A stretch of 40,802 nucleotides of DNA from Spongospora subterranea f. sp. subterranea (taxonomy: Eukaryota), in contig JAUGWO010000066.1 in assembly GCA_049724395.1 (NCBI GenBank), positions 1 through 40,802 on the forward strand, written 5' to 3'. The translations under genes were made by a program, and so were the position numbers. Shown piece after piece: positions 23,626-36,800 of the stretch (positions within the stretch are counted from its first letter, which is position 1; every line of letters starts with the position of its first letter). The notes under the pieces were generated by a model. The model worked only from the letters and a program-made list of their open reading frames with translations, was not told where the DNA came from and ran no database searches.

Positions 23626-24759
23626 TTACTGCCTTCTCGATGCCGATTTTTTCCGATAGAATCGAGTCCCTCGTTCGTACACGAATCTGGCCCAGATTAC
23701 AGCCCAGACGGCTTTGGTCACGAATTCCACCCTAGAGTGCCTAACCTTGCTAAAGCCTTCATGCAAGGGGTGACCGATTATCGCCATGAATATGACCGTC
23801 CACAAAAACCCGGCAACATGCGAATACAATCGGTCCAGAACCCCACCATGAGACGACAATAAATCGCCAGTATCTTTCAACATGTGGAACCTCTGTGCAA
23901 TTTTCACATTAAATGTCGAAGGCAACAGCGCAGCAAATGACATGGCGATTACCTTCCAGCTCGACACAGATAAATCCCCAATAATTCCACAAACTAATAA
24001 GCCGTTATACCAGGTCAAATATTCGCCATTGAATGGATCAATGGCGAAAACCAGGCTAAGAACGTTGCAAAGTATGAACCCGCCGAAATACCCTTCGATG
24101 GTCTTGTTTGGACTAATATCCGGTACAGGTTTATATCGACCATATCGCTTTCCAATGAAATATTGGAACGCATCCGATGCAGCCACAATAGAAATTTGTG
24201 TGGTGAAATCCTGAATACTGGCGCAAATGAAGACCTTTAAAAACGGCATCAAATTGGGGACAAAAACAGAGAAACAACAACAGACCTGCGTTGATGCGGT
24301 GATGGTCAACAGAAAGAACAGGACACTAGCGATATCCTTCCAGGCGGCGTTCAACAATACCATTAATACGAATACGGCGACGCTGCGAAGAGCGGCTGAT
24401 TTCCACAATAGATGGGGGTGGTGAGTTTGCAAATGCCAATCGAGAAAGCTGGATAAACAGCCGGCTAGAGCAATCAGACGCGATGCGTTCACCTTGTACG
24501 AATGGCTCTTGAAATGTCCACACAATAAATGAGCGACCTAAACACGTATCGCGTTTGGTGAAACAAATCCAAAATGAGGTCAAATTCCGTTTACTTCTTG
24601 CCATACGAGACCCATGCATAATAACCACAGCGGTATTGGGAAATGGTTGAGGGCGAACACGAAGAACAGGTGAAGGCAGAACCCGACCGGTATCCTCTGC
24701 AGATACCACGGTCCATGAACCTTCTCAGTGGGATGAGCGTTTACGGCGGTCTGGGTCAT
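23626..24759 (-). CDS. Phosphatidate cytidylyltransferase (CDP-DAG synthase, CdsA-like), multi-exon; start and end approximate
   Basis: SDAFQYFIGKRYG, ISPNKTIEG, GDL..S, KDTGDLLSSHGGVLDR; multiple TM segments. Confidence 0.85.
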
Positions 24760-25191
24760 TTTCGAGCTCGATCGCGTTCTCGTTAAAGCAGGCGGTGGAT
24801 ATGCGGATCGAAATGGCCGGGTCGGACCACAGGCGTCGCTGGTTTCCTCTGATGTGTTTCCCCCTGGCGTTGGCCTTCGGTCACCGCTGCCCGTCGCCAG
24901 AACTGTATCCCGGCTACTTGACGACTGTAGCTCAGTTACAGGTATGTCCGTAGCGCCATTCACATGTCACGACAACAAGCGGATCAAGGAAAAATCACTC
25001 AATGCGTTGACTCAACCGCATGGAGACTTATACCAAAAAACTGGCAATGTGCAAAAGAAGATCGTTTTCCAAGAGTAAGAAAAAATTGGATTTTGTGCGA
25101 GCCCATATTGTGTGTTCATCTGCAACTGTGGGATGTTAATTCGTGTTGTAATTTGAACTTGATCGAACTGTATAAGTTAGCGAAGTCAGAG

Positions 25192-26217
25192 TTAGCTTGA
25201 GTAATCCATCTCGTCGCTTTCATCATCTTCGGGACGACGATTTACGTAATTGCTCATGTGTACTATGTAGTTCACGTCCAGATCAGCGTTCGATAACTTC
25301 CACTGACCCGTCCGTAAATCTGGAACGATCCCGGCTTCGTTAGAGATAAACACTCCTTGGTTTCTGACCATCGACGCCAACTCAACAGGTGTTACAAACT
25401 TATTCCAATCGTGGGTTCCTAAATCACCTCAACAACTATATTCAGCATCGCGGAAGATTTACCCGGTTCCACCAAACGTAGAACATATTCTGCAGCGGCG
25501 ATCGCGAATGCATAAGACTTCACAGTTCTATTGATGGTTGACACGAATAAACTTCCACCTGGCTGTTCAGAACTGATTAGCGCCAAAAAAACAACGTGCA
25601 AGGGCCCACTGATACAACCTCGAGAAGAGATATGAGCTGTTGCGTAAACAATTTAGGAGAGTCGACGTGCTCAATCACCTCTAAACTAGTGACAACATGG
25701 TATCGGTGGCTGAATTTGTCCCTAAGTTCCTGGGCGGATAGATGATGGTAGGTGAGGTTGTGTTCTAAGAGCGGGTCGTCCTTGGCATGTTCTTTAGCGA
25801 TTGCAATGTTGGCAGCCGATGCATCGATTGCGGTCACTTTAGCGCCAAGTCGTGCTAAACACTGAGATCGACAGAAAATGTTTGCTCAAAATGGAGGGAC
25901 TTCCAAAAAAATGCTTGATTTACCTCGGACAGGATTCCAGCGCCACAACCAACATCAGCAATACGCAATCCTTGAAGAGGGAACGTGGATTTCATGGGCT
26001 CATGACCGAGACGTGACAAAATATAACTGACACGAACCGGATTCATATCATGTAATGGCTGCCTATATGCCCATATTAGACTATAACGACGTCGGATTCG
26101 CCATCAGCATTGATCGAACATTGGCCCACCACGCTGCCACCATGACGACGCCAATCTCGAGAATTTGTTGATCTCGGCAGGATTGACAGTGGTCGACAGA
26201 CGCCTGGATTGTGCCAT
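25192..26217 (-). CDS. COQ3: Ubiquinone biosynthesis O-methyltransferase, multi-exon
   Basis: EINKFSRLASSWW, LHDMNPVRVSYI, DVGCGAGILSE, LEVIEHV, STINRT..AEYVLRLVEPGTHDWNKFVTP. Confidence 0.93.
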
Positions 26218-26477
26218 GGAACGCAGTCTCCCGCCGAAAAAAAGCACTAGCTGGCGATAGAAATGACGGACGGAGCCCTCTCCGCCATTGCATGACGCAA
26301 TAAAACACCACTCTCTCCGTTCCAGGATCAACTCGTGTAACGACACATTTTGACAACCGCTGTCAGTGGTGTTTTATAGAGATAATGTGGTGAAGACGAC
26401 GGTGCGATAGGGTAGGTGGGAAAACGAATAATGGGCGAGATAAAGACAAGAATTGAAAGATGTATTGAGTATAGGAG

Positions 26478-26873
26478 TTAGATAAGGAGTTTTTCAATAG
26501 CGTCACGAAGAGGATCGATCTGAGCCTTCAACTGCGATCCTTCATTGGTGAGGATGGAGCATGTGATGACGGGACGGGAGACACCGCAAGCACGTCCTAG
26601 AGCGTGCTTGGACGGGATGAACACGTACGGGACATTCTTGTCCTCGCACAGGAGGGGAAGGTGGAGCAAGATCTCAAGAGGATCAGCGTCGGCCGCCATG
26701 ATGATCAGCTCAGAGATACCACGGTTGAGGGTTTTGGTGGCCTCATTGGCGCCCTTCTTCAGTTGCTTGTAGCAGCAGGCTTGCTGGACTACTTCCAAGA
26801 TGGAGGTGGTGAGGTTGGCATCGGCCAAAGGAAAGGCCTTGGGGTTGGTCTTGGCGCTATTATCGGCAGTCAT
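26478..26873 (-). CDS. SNU13: Snu13/15.5K (NHP2L1), box C/D snoRNP and U4/U6 K-turn binding protein
   Basis: Near-canonical [53 protein letters not shown]; intronless. Confidence 0.98.
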   Translation of the reverse strand: MTADNSAKTNPKAFPLADANLTTSILEVVQQACCYKQLKKGANEATKTLNRGISELIIMAADADPLEILLHLPLLCEDKNVPYVFIPSKHALGRACGVSRPVITCSILTNEGSQLKAQIDPLRDAIEKLLI

Positions 26874-27449
26874 GATGGATGCAGGTGGTGTCGATCACGA
26901 TCGATTCCTGATTCACGACAGAGCACTGGAATAAGATTATGGAACTGAGCAAGATCAGCCATTCTCGGAATTGTATCAATCAAAAACTCCGTCACGGACT
27001 CCGTAACGGTAAAATCGTTTACCGAAGAAAGAAATTTGGATGATTGCAACGCAGTCAATTCTGTCAACAGAGAAAAAAACACCAGTGGGGGATTTCAAAA
27101 GATTGGATCAAAGAATTCACTTAAATCAGAGGCCCCGTCATTCAAATTGATGGTGGAGGCGGTAGCTCAGCAGTGCGACCTTGGCGCCTTTGCGAAGTCG
27201 ACGACAGTTTTTTTTTTCATAAAATAATTATTTTAGTATGCTTTTTGGAAAAGCTTCAGATCTCTTTGTGTTCCCGGTTTGTAGATAACTGGAACAAATT
27301 TTGAACATGTTTCTGCACCCTTACAACGAATGTTTTTGCTCTCTCATCTTGGTTGACATTGGCAACAAAGCGGTCAATGTTCCCACCGTGTTTCTATGGC
27401 ACCATCAACAAAAGGAGTGCTAATCAGATACAACCAATTATATATCAGC

Positions 27450-27830
27450 AGCTATAGTTGTCGGAGCAGTAGCGGGGACACCATGATCCGGCAACAATTC
27501 AGCGCAAAGATGCTATGGGTATTTAAAGTCCATCGCGCCGTTGTTGATCACCGCGGTGTTCATGGTCACGCGTTCCCAAATTGTTTACACTCTCTGAATT
27601 GTTTACACTCTCTCAGGCCGATCATTTTGATCGTCTTGCGTTGACGACAATCATATCACAAAATCCGCAGAAATCGGCGATGCAGCTCATTGTCTGTAAA
27701 CCCGGAATGGATGGTTCTAAGAGTTCTATGCCCGACAAAAATCATTCGTCGTTTGGAAACAAGGAAGGAGTTGCGGATTTCAAAACGAAAATTGTAGAGG
27801 AGATGGGTGTTATCGTTCCAGTAAGTATTT
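27450..27830 (+). mobile_element. Internal fragment of the GCM-type Mutator family
   Basis: Nucleotide homology to ~34265-34620 (ADHFDR.AL.TIISQNPQ.SAMQL.V.KPGMDG). Contains a small tandem duplication of AATTGTTTACACTCTCT. Confidence 0.85.
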
Positions 27831-27849
27831 TCACTGATGCGCCAGCCAA

Positions 27850-28660
27850 CAGCTGACCATACTTTTTAGGTCATGGAGACATTGCTGGAGAGTTAAAAAG
27901 ATATCAATCAGCTTTTCCATATCAATTTTCGCAAAAGAATCTTTGACAGAATCCTCAAGTTCGTCGATATTCTTTGGTGCTGAGGGGATTGGATGGCACG
28001 AAGGAAAACCCAGATCAAGAACGTTCATGTCAGGGCTGTTCGGTGGCTGAAAGGTCTCAAATCCATCTTTGCTTGCTTCATTGTTGAATTCTTCATCTGA
28101 AGCGTCAATATGAGGCCTGGCGTTGTCCTGCTGGATAAAAATGGGTACTGTCCAATATTCGGGCCATTTCAAACGAATCGCTGGAATGACTTGCTCAATA
28201 CGTCATTTTCTTATCACCGCTTTGTTGATGACCTCAGTTGGTTTGGTTACCATAGTTCCAAGGGCGGTTCTTGCTGCTTCCCTTTGCTGGTTTTTGGAAG
28301 ACAAATGGGAAATATCGAGCTTTCCGGTGAACCATTGGTTTCTAGACCGGTCCCCTCGCGGCCGAGCTACTGCCGCCATTAACATCACTTTGGTGATTAA
28401 GCGTTTGCTCTTGCATGTACGATGTGGCTCATTTTCATCAGCTGCCAAGTGAAATCGTTGACTTGTAAATCACGTTTTTGTCAATAAGGACGACTTTTCA
28501 TCATGTTCTTGACAATTGGATCATGATTGGGTGGCAAGGTTATCATGGAAATGCAGAACTTTAGCCTGGTCATCTTGTTGTCCTCGGCGAGGATTGGCTT
28601 TATCACATTTAAATGCGTCTTGAGAACTCCTTCCTTGATTCTTGCCTGCACTGTGGATAC
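27850..28660 (-). mobile_element. Plant-like (DD39D-type) mariner transposase relic
   Basis: KSKRLITKVMLMAAVARPR, IFIQQDNARPH, QPPNSPDMNVLDLGF. Confidence 0.9.
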
Positions 28661-28664
28661 GGAC

Positions 28665-29275
28665 AGGTTCAAAGTCGTCATCTATTTGAACGACATTTCA
28701 ATATATTCAGCAAATGTTGAGGAACACGATGTGCATGTTAACGTGGTGTTACAGAAGTTACGTGAGAACAACTTACTTGCCAAGCAGGAGAAATGCGCTT
28801 TCGGGGTGCAATGCGTGGAATTCTTGGGTTATACGCCAGCCCGCAAGCCGTAGAGATGGATCCGGAAAAAACCTCTAACATCACATCGTGGCAAACACCT
28901 ATTTCTGTCAAGGAGGTTCAATGTTTCTTGGGATTTGCCAACTTCTATCGCGACTTCATCGTCCAATACTCGCAACATACAGCGCCACTTTACTCATTGA
29001 CCAAGAAAGATGTGTACCATTCTCATGGCAATCGATTCACCAGGAGGTTTTCGATGCTCTCAACCAAGCTTTCACCAAAGCGCCAATATTGACTCATTTC
29101 TTTCCCGCATCCTCTCGGTTGGTTGAAACTGAAGCCTCCGATTTCGCAATTGGTATGAATTTGTCGCAGGTTCAGCCTGATGGAAAACTACGTTTAGTAG
29201 CGTTTCACTCTCGAAAGTTCACACCGATCGAGATAAACATGAGATCCATGACAAGGACCTACTGGCAATTGTGTT
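28665..29275 (+). mobile_element. Ty3/gypsy RT/RNase H fragment
   Basis: VVIYLNDISIYS, EKCAF..VEFLGY, FLGFANFYR, ETEASDFAIG, VAFHSRKF. Confidence 0.88.
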
Positions 29276-29344
29276 CAGCGACAAAATCATTACAATTGCG
29301 AAATTGGAGGCGTCAGTTTCAGCAAAATAAGGAGATGCGGTCAG

Positions 29345-29480
29345 AAGTGAGCCAATATTGACGTTTTGGTGAAAGCTTGGTTGAATGCATCAAAAGCCTC
29401 CTGGTGAACCGATTGCCATGAGAATGGTACATCTTTCGAGGTTGGCACATCCCAAGAAACATTGAACCCCCTTGACAAAT
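29345..29480 (-). repeat. Inverted, internally deleted copy of 28905-29100
   Basis: Reverse-complement matches to GTCAAGGAGGTTCAATGTTTCTTGGG and TACCATTCTCATGGCAATCG..GCTTTCACCAAA. Confidence 0.8.
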
Positions 29481-30836
29481 GTGCTCCACAAACCCCTCAC
29501 AGTGGTGACCTAGAAGAATCCGATCTGAGATCGGATTATCAATCGTTATAATCATATTCTGGTTTAGTCATTCGTCCTCTTAGACTCCCTTCGTTCCCAG
29601 CCATACCAGTAGACTGTCTATCCTTTTCTAACGGCAAACTCTTCAGAAAAGATGACGATTTCCGAGGCTTTTTTTTTTGTAAAAGAAATATCTTTCATTT
29701 CGCCCAAGTCTGCATGAGACGTGCCACTCTTGTGTTTCTTGGTTGGGGTGTACTGAATAACGTTGATGGTGGATTCAAGTTTATTTGCCATCATGTGGGA
29801 CGCATAGATGTTCGAAGATTTCAAGGCGGGAATCAGATCTATGTTAAACAGCTCTGGTTTTGGATCGTTTTCTGGGTAGCAGTTCCAGTGCTCAGCCTTT
29901 TAGGAATGCTGTTAACTTTTTCAGTTGCCGTTTGCGGCAGCTTCCAGCAAAAAAAACTGGTGGGACACCGTCTTCTCAACCTCGTTCTAAACTTTTATAG
30001 GTAAAGTCTGGTCTGGAAGCCGTTTCTTTGCTATTCATTTCCACAAGTTAGCGAAAATTGGCAACAGGCACTTATGATAATTGATACTTCGGCAGAAGTC
30101 GTCGAAATGAAGCTATAAGACCTTGCCAGTTGCCCTTAAGAGTTCAGGCGTGATTATCTCTGCCCTGATTCGAGTATTAGTAGGCTTTGAATTGGTATTG
30201 GTTTCTGTGTGTGCAGGCAGGTCAGATGATCAACTACTTGGACGAACCTTCACCCCGATTCGGCTCGTCACCAATAATTTCTTCACCGCCACTGAGACAG
30301 CCTTCCGGATGAGACTCCGAGGAGGTATCGGAGCTCAAATCAACGTAGTCATCGTTCGAGAACGCTGCCATATCAGAATGAAGGTATCTGTACGATTCGC
30401 AAAAGACACATAGATACCGTTTTCAGTGCCTTGTCGCTTTCTTGAATCAAATAGTACGATAACCAACGTGTATTTGATGGCAAAACCTTCACAAACGTTG
30501 TCTAATTACCCTGTATCGAGTTCCTCAAGGCGGTATTGGCTGGGTCGAGAAGTTACAGAGCACAGGATGTTCGTGCACTTGATGATTCCAGTGATAAATT
30601 TTTGATGAGAGTTTCATGGCTTTTGAATTGCCATCTTGTGTCCTGTATCGCGTCCTGACATGCCTCCATTGCCAACCAATTGGAGTTTACGTTTGGCTTT
30701 TTAGCGAATTCGCCAAACGTGATTAAAAAGGTTCCGTTTGGTTTGAGAGGGATTTTTATTTTTACTGACAGCGTCAATGTATTTGGCAGTTTTATTGCCA
30801 TTGCAATAAATGTTGAAGTTATCGATGCCGTTGTCT

Positions 30837-33477
30837 CTAATTTTTACAGATCAAATGATTCGAAAACCATTTAACAATGTTGACCCACTGGTCAGCTTCT
30901 GTATCAACACGCTCGGTCAATCCATGAGCGTTTTCTGGATAGACGATACATCGACATTCAACACCTCTAGCATGAAGTAAATGGTAGTAATCCAATGATT
31001 GGCTCATTGGAACACGCTTATCAACCTCTCCTAACATTAAGAGCAATCTATATATTGACTGCCATCAGAAACTTAATAAATTCTGAACAAAATGCAAAAG
31101 GTCCTACGGTGTCTGAACCTTGCCGATCATTGACACCGGAGAAGCAATGTACATTTTCCGGTAATCATCAGCAGTGAAAGGAGTTAATGGATCCCACTCG
31201 ATCCCACATTCAACCGCACACCAATCAGGAATATCACTACAGTATAAAGATTAGAAGCAAACCGTCGACCAAAAAACGTGAGTTGACCTGGTCGAAACCA
31301 TATGCGCAACGTTGGCAACAGGGTTGCGGGCGACAGCCGCGCGAAACAATTTCGGGTACAATGCGATCAACCAAAGGGTTAGGAAACCTCCATGTGAACC
31401 TGGACAACAATCTCATCTAGGTGCTCGTCAAAGTAATATTTCTTGAAATTACCACCCATCAACAGTAAATTGTCTTTGGATAATATGGGATACTGTTCGA
31501 TAGTGTGATCAAGTGCGATAATGATGTCCTCTACATCTTGTACACCACATTTTCCTGGCAGCGATTCTAGACTATTCTGACCATATCCAGTAGACCTGTG
31601 CCCAATTGAAGTGCGTTCAAACATGTTCAGATAATAGAACTGACCCACGATAATTCACCAACAATGTAGCGAATCCCATTGCAGTAATGTATGCTAGATT
31701 CAGCGAATATGATGTAGAGAAGGCGCTATGAGGACCGCCATGGGGCTGAACGATCAGCGGGAGACCCTCTTTTTGAACCGCTGGAAGAATGAGGATCGAT
31801 TCGATCATATGGCGACTACCTGGGGCAGTTGTTTGAAGGATTTTATAGGAATATTGAGGAAGTTTAGGAGGAGGACATGGAGAACTGCAAATTTGGGTCC
31901 ACTTGCATGATTTGTTGTCAACTGAAACAGCCCCAACCATAACAATATGAGGCTTATCGATATCGTCCATTCGAACGAGAATGTTGTCGCTCTGAATGTC
32001 AAGAAGTTCGCAACTTGCCTGTTGATGCGATTCTGGCAACGCTAAATGGTTCACCTCTTTTGATGACGTATTGACTAGTAGGAGAACTGTTCGACAATGC
32101 CATTGCGAACATATCACAACGTGAACATTATCTGTTAACCAAATACGTCGACTTCCTGCCATTCACTGAGTACGGAAGAATTGAAGGTCGGCAGGACCTG
32201 CTTACCTCGAATATATATACCTGGAAATCCTTCATCTTCTTTTACGACATCGACCACAGTTATGGGTTTTTGGATACAAGGCCAACGTATCAGTTTCATC
32301 CGAGAGCATGAACCGTGCAGCACTACACTGAGATTGTATGAATTTAGCCAAGACAGGATGTGCCGCTGTGGCGAGTACCGACTCATCGGTACAGAAATAA
32401 ACAAGCTTGGTACCATCCGGGGAGAAGTGACACATGTTGGCATTATGATCAGAAGAGGAGATACTGAAAGCTGGGGAAGGAAGTTTTGCTCCTGATGTCA
32501 GTAAAATATCATCAGAAACAGAATATGAAAACATGTGAATATAAACGAACCAAATAACGTTGAGGGTCGCGTCTGATAATGAAGAACACCAAGACGGCGG
32601 CCAGTGCTCGGTGTTCCACATGCCAGAAGAGTGCATTCCCGTTTATCTGGATGCCAAAATATCTGTTCCCAGCAGTAATTTTCGCTAAATGACGAACATT
32701 GCTCGGCAGCCATGCTATCAGCACTAATTTTGACCAAGACTATGATGCTCTGAGTAAAAGATGCCCCCTCTCCCCTACAGAAAATCAGACTTCAATTTTG
32801 CCCATTTCAAAACCCTGCGATTGCAAGTACCAGTTTTGTCTGTAATCGAATTCGTTTCCAGCGGCCCCTTGTGTTTCACTAATCGGCTCCTTTTCTGCAT
32901 AAAACGACGAAGTGGCTGCTGGCACCTTGTCGGCGACAAATGCCAACATTTTGCAATCTGGTGAAAATGCGGCATAAGATCTGTTGACTTTACAGATATC
33001 CCCACATATCTGAAATGATTAACACCAAGAAAATTGGAAGATTAAAATAGTCAGTCACCTTCTTCAGGGACAGAGATAATGACGGTAATCCCTTTCGTAT
33101 GATCTCCAGACATAACGGGTCACCTTTATTTGACGGTTGACGAACTAAAGCTTGAGTACAAGTACAATTGCAGACGATCGACAAATTTGTCGACATTGCT
33201 GGAATGGCAATACCATTGTCTATAATTTTCTGATTACATTGTTGAATTTTTTGTGCTAAAAACGTTATGGCCATGTTTCGTTGAATACCTTTTCATTATC
33301 CTGAAAAAAACGATGAGAAGTGGAGAGGGTCGGTTTTGAGTTGGAAGGTCTATGCTTGTAAGTCCAGGAGCACAAGACCCCGTCCGGTCCTGTAAAGCCT
33401 GCATCAGACAGGAGAGCCGTTCGCTGGATTGTCTCATATAGCCTCGCTGCATCATCGTTTGCATTAGTTTCCGTCAT
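30837..33477 (-). CDS. APEH: Acylamino-acid-releasing enzyme (peptidase S9C), many short introns
   Basis: [30 protein letters not shown], spliced nucleophile MGGSHGGFL, DKRVP (Asp), HGL (His). The start at MTETNAN is inferred. Confidence 0.9.
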
Positions 33478-33865
33478 GATTGTTGCGGGTTTTAAAACCA
33501 AATCAACGACTTGGCATTAGATCAAACGTTCCCTCCACCTTCGTCTGCACTCTACCCTGTTGTGTGTGCGTACACCAGACCCCAGAGGCAAGCGGTTTAT
33601 AAAGATTTGATTCTGTCTTTTGAACATCCCCACAGGAAGACTGGATCAAAAGTCTGACACGCACTTTTTCATCCACACTTTTGGTTCGGGAACCGTGACG
33701 AATGACTGGCACAGGGTCAAATCGCTCAGTTAAGTGACTACGGTGCAAGAACTGTCATTGGTAACAAATCCAACAGAGATAAACGGCATGGCTTTCTCGT
33801 TAATGTAACAATACATTGATTGAGGTAGTTCATTTGATGGGAAATAAGATATGGGCCTACAGAAT

Positions 33866-36800
33866 TGAAAGACAGGATTCAAATCACCAGTCATGACGTT
33901 CAAAAGACTGGATTCAATCATCACATGGGCAATTGATGACTTTGACTCTGACGATTTCGATTTGACTCCTCACGATCACACTGATCACGAAATCGATTCA
34001 TCGGGATACCCAATGTCACCTGATGGAGATTGTCTATACCGGTTTGAAAACATTAAGGACATGGCCAATCTACTTAATCGCTATTCCCGGGTGGCAGTTA
34101 CAGAGGGGTGTGCGTTTGTTGCAAAAAGATGTGTCGGGGTTCTTTTTTGTTCTCTGCCGACCTCTGCTTGTCGTGTCTCAGCGTTAAGGCCGAAGCAGAA
34201 CGATCCTAATGATTTCAACGTCAGGTATTTTTCTGGTCTTTCTTTTTTATAACGCTGAACTAATCTATAGTTGTCGGAACGGCTGTGGTGACACTATTAT
34301 CCAGCAGGAATGCAATGCGAAGATGTTTTGGATTTTTTAAGGCAATCGCGCCATCGTTGAGTACCTTGATGTTCACGGTCATGACTGACCAATGTGAACA
34401 AAGCCGATCATTTTGATCGTGCTGCTTTGAGAACAATCATATCACAAAACCCGCAGAATTCGGCGATGCAGCTCGTCGTCGGTAAACCCGGCATGGACGG
34501 TTGTTTTTTTTCCGTCCGACAACTTCATTTGTCGTTCGGGAACAAGGACCGAGTTGCATATTTTCGAAGGGAAATTCTGAGGAGCAGGGAGTTACCGTTC
34601 CTTGTAAGTATTTCACAGTTGAGGTTGAGACGAGGCAACCGGTGATAAACTGTTTAGGTCACGGAGACATGAGTATTGGACTCATGCAATTCCATCAGAC
34701 GTTCGGCACAACTGTCATTAAATCCAGCAGCATGCAATTCTCCAATATGCACATATCTTGGGCGACACAGTTCATGCCAGAAAGGTAAACCAGTTGGCTT
34801 TGTCACTGTATTCAGTTCTGACCCTATCCAATCTGGCTAGAGTCGCTGATTTTGAAGACCTATCCGGCAGAAATATTGGGGGAACCGTGACCGATGCCAC
34901 CTATTCCTACTTCAGGCATGGATATTTGCTGACTTCAGCAGTTTACTGTGTGCTGTTAAAGCGCTGGGTTCCGGTGTTGTTTACATGGACCTCGGGTTTA
35001 ACTGTACAACATCACGATGCTCATTTTTCCTGCCTACTGAACATGATTGTGGCCGCAATCTGTTCACTGCAACTTTCAACTCGCGAACAGGAGCTGCAAC
35101 GGATTGAGCTGTGTTTCGGTGCAGTCATGGACTTCTCAGAGGCTCAAAGGAACGGATTCATCAAGTCATATGTGACCATCATTGGTTCATTTATGAACAC
35201 TCATGGTCTCGAGCTAGTAGACGAAACTGTAAGTAAGAGAGCCAACAGGTTCGTTAAGGGATGCCATGTACATTTCCTTAGCTCTGCTGAACGGCTCAAC
35301 CGCAACTATTCTGTTGTCGGAAAACACGATAACGGTGAGTTTATGGCAAAAATTCGAAAACTCATTGAGGAGCCCGTCATTGAGGATTTTAATTCGGCGA
35401 TTGAAGAATTACAGTCCGAATATCCCAACGCCACCAAATGGTTTGAATGGTGGCTTCGTGACGCGGTCGCTAGGCTTATATTTGCATGCAAATCGTGCAC
35501 TGATAAAGAATTCGAAGAAATGGCCCGCAGTGATTCGAACCCAATCGAGTCCATGCATTCGACATTTTATCAGATTGCGGATCGCAAAAATTCGCTTGTG
35601 TATGGAATGTCAATCTTGACGATGTTCTCGGAGTCTTTACGACAAGATTTCGAGGATGTCGCATCTGGCGTAACCGTTCACTACGGGCAAGCTGAACGAT
35701 GGAAAAGGCAAACCGATAAATACGCCAGAAAGGCGTTGGTTGTCGTTCGCAATCGGAAACTTGCCAATGACAGGCGAGCCCCTGACACTTCTAAGGAATT
35801 AGTTGGCCCGGACAATATAGTAAAAGCTAAATTAGGTCGCCCCTAAAGGAAGCCGTAACATTGATAGAAATGCACTGACTACGTATCAAAGTTATTGCCA
35901 TGACAGTAATACGCGCTACATCACGTCTTTATTGGAATGTTCATTTGCTTGTTTCCAGGTTTGCCCTGTACGTAGATTGCTCGTTGAAACTGTGCAATTC
36001 TAACTCTGAACTCTATGTCACTCAGATGAATGCAATGCTGTTTTCTGGCTGCTATGAGCCTTTATTGAAAATGATTGGTCATTTTCAAATCAGGTCCGAG
36101 GCTTCGTCAGATACGAACATTACTGGACTGCTCAAATCCGGTCTCAGTCAAGTTGCCGAGTTCGTGGTACATGACCGCAAACTTTTCCGTTCAGGCCAGT
36201 TTGGTAATCCTGCCACCGTTTTGCAAGCACTGTTCCGAGTGGATGATCACTCAGATTTCTGTACCTTCCTTCATGTAATATTGTCAACTGATTACTAACG
36301 ATTCAAATTGCGCCTGATTGGTTTTTTTTTTCAGCGATCTCTCTTCTGTGACGCTGGACATGAAAATAGTTACTCTGAAAGGAGTTTGCCTGTTATTGTA
36401 TGTTGATTGGGAAGAGTCTTGTATTGACGATTATTGATGAAATTGTAATCTTCAGGAGATTTCTGCGTTGGTGGCTGCGCAACTAGGTGACAATCTTCCC
36501 GATATTTTGAATCGGTGGTCAACAACCGGCATTGACGACTGGATGCCGAGGGGCTGCAATTGCTGCCACCTGAAAGTAATTCACTGCAGAACTAGAGTGA
36601 AGTTATCGAACAAGGTGCTATTCATTGAACTAGGTATGGATATTGAGAGTGAACAGCTCTGATGTCCTGAAACTATGAGTGTGGACGGTCGTGACTGACA
36701 GTTGATGGGCCGCATTTACTCATCTAAGGACTGGGGCTGCCATTTTTTTGCAATTGTTCGAAGAAACGACGTTCCGCTGAAGGGTTTCTATATCTATGAT

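Noticed and set aside
27155..27215. tRNA gene
   Set aside because: A-box-like motif only; no TTCG T-loop or cloverleaf.
29580..30800. Short ORFs downstream of APEH
   Set aside because: Broken by stops with no recognisable motifs.
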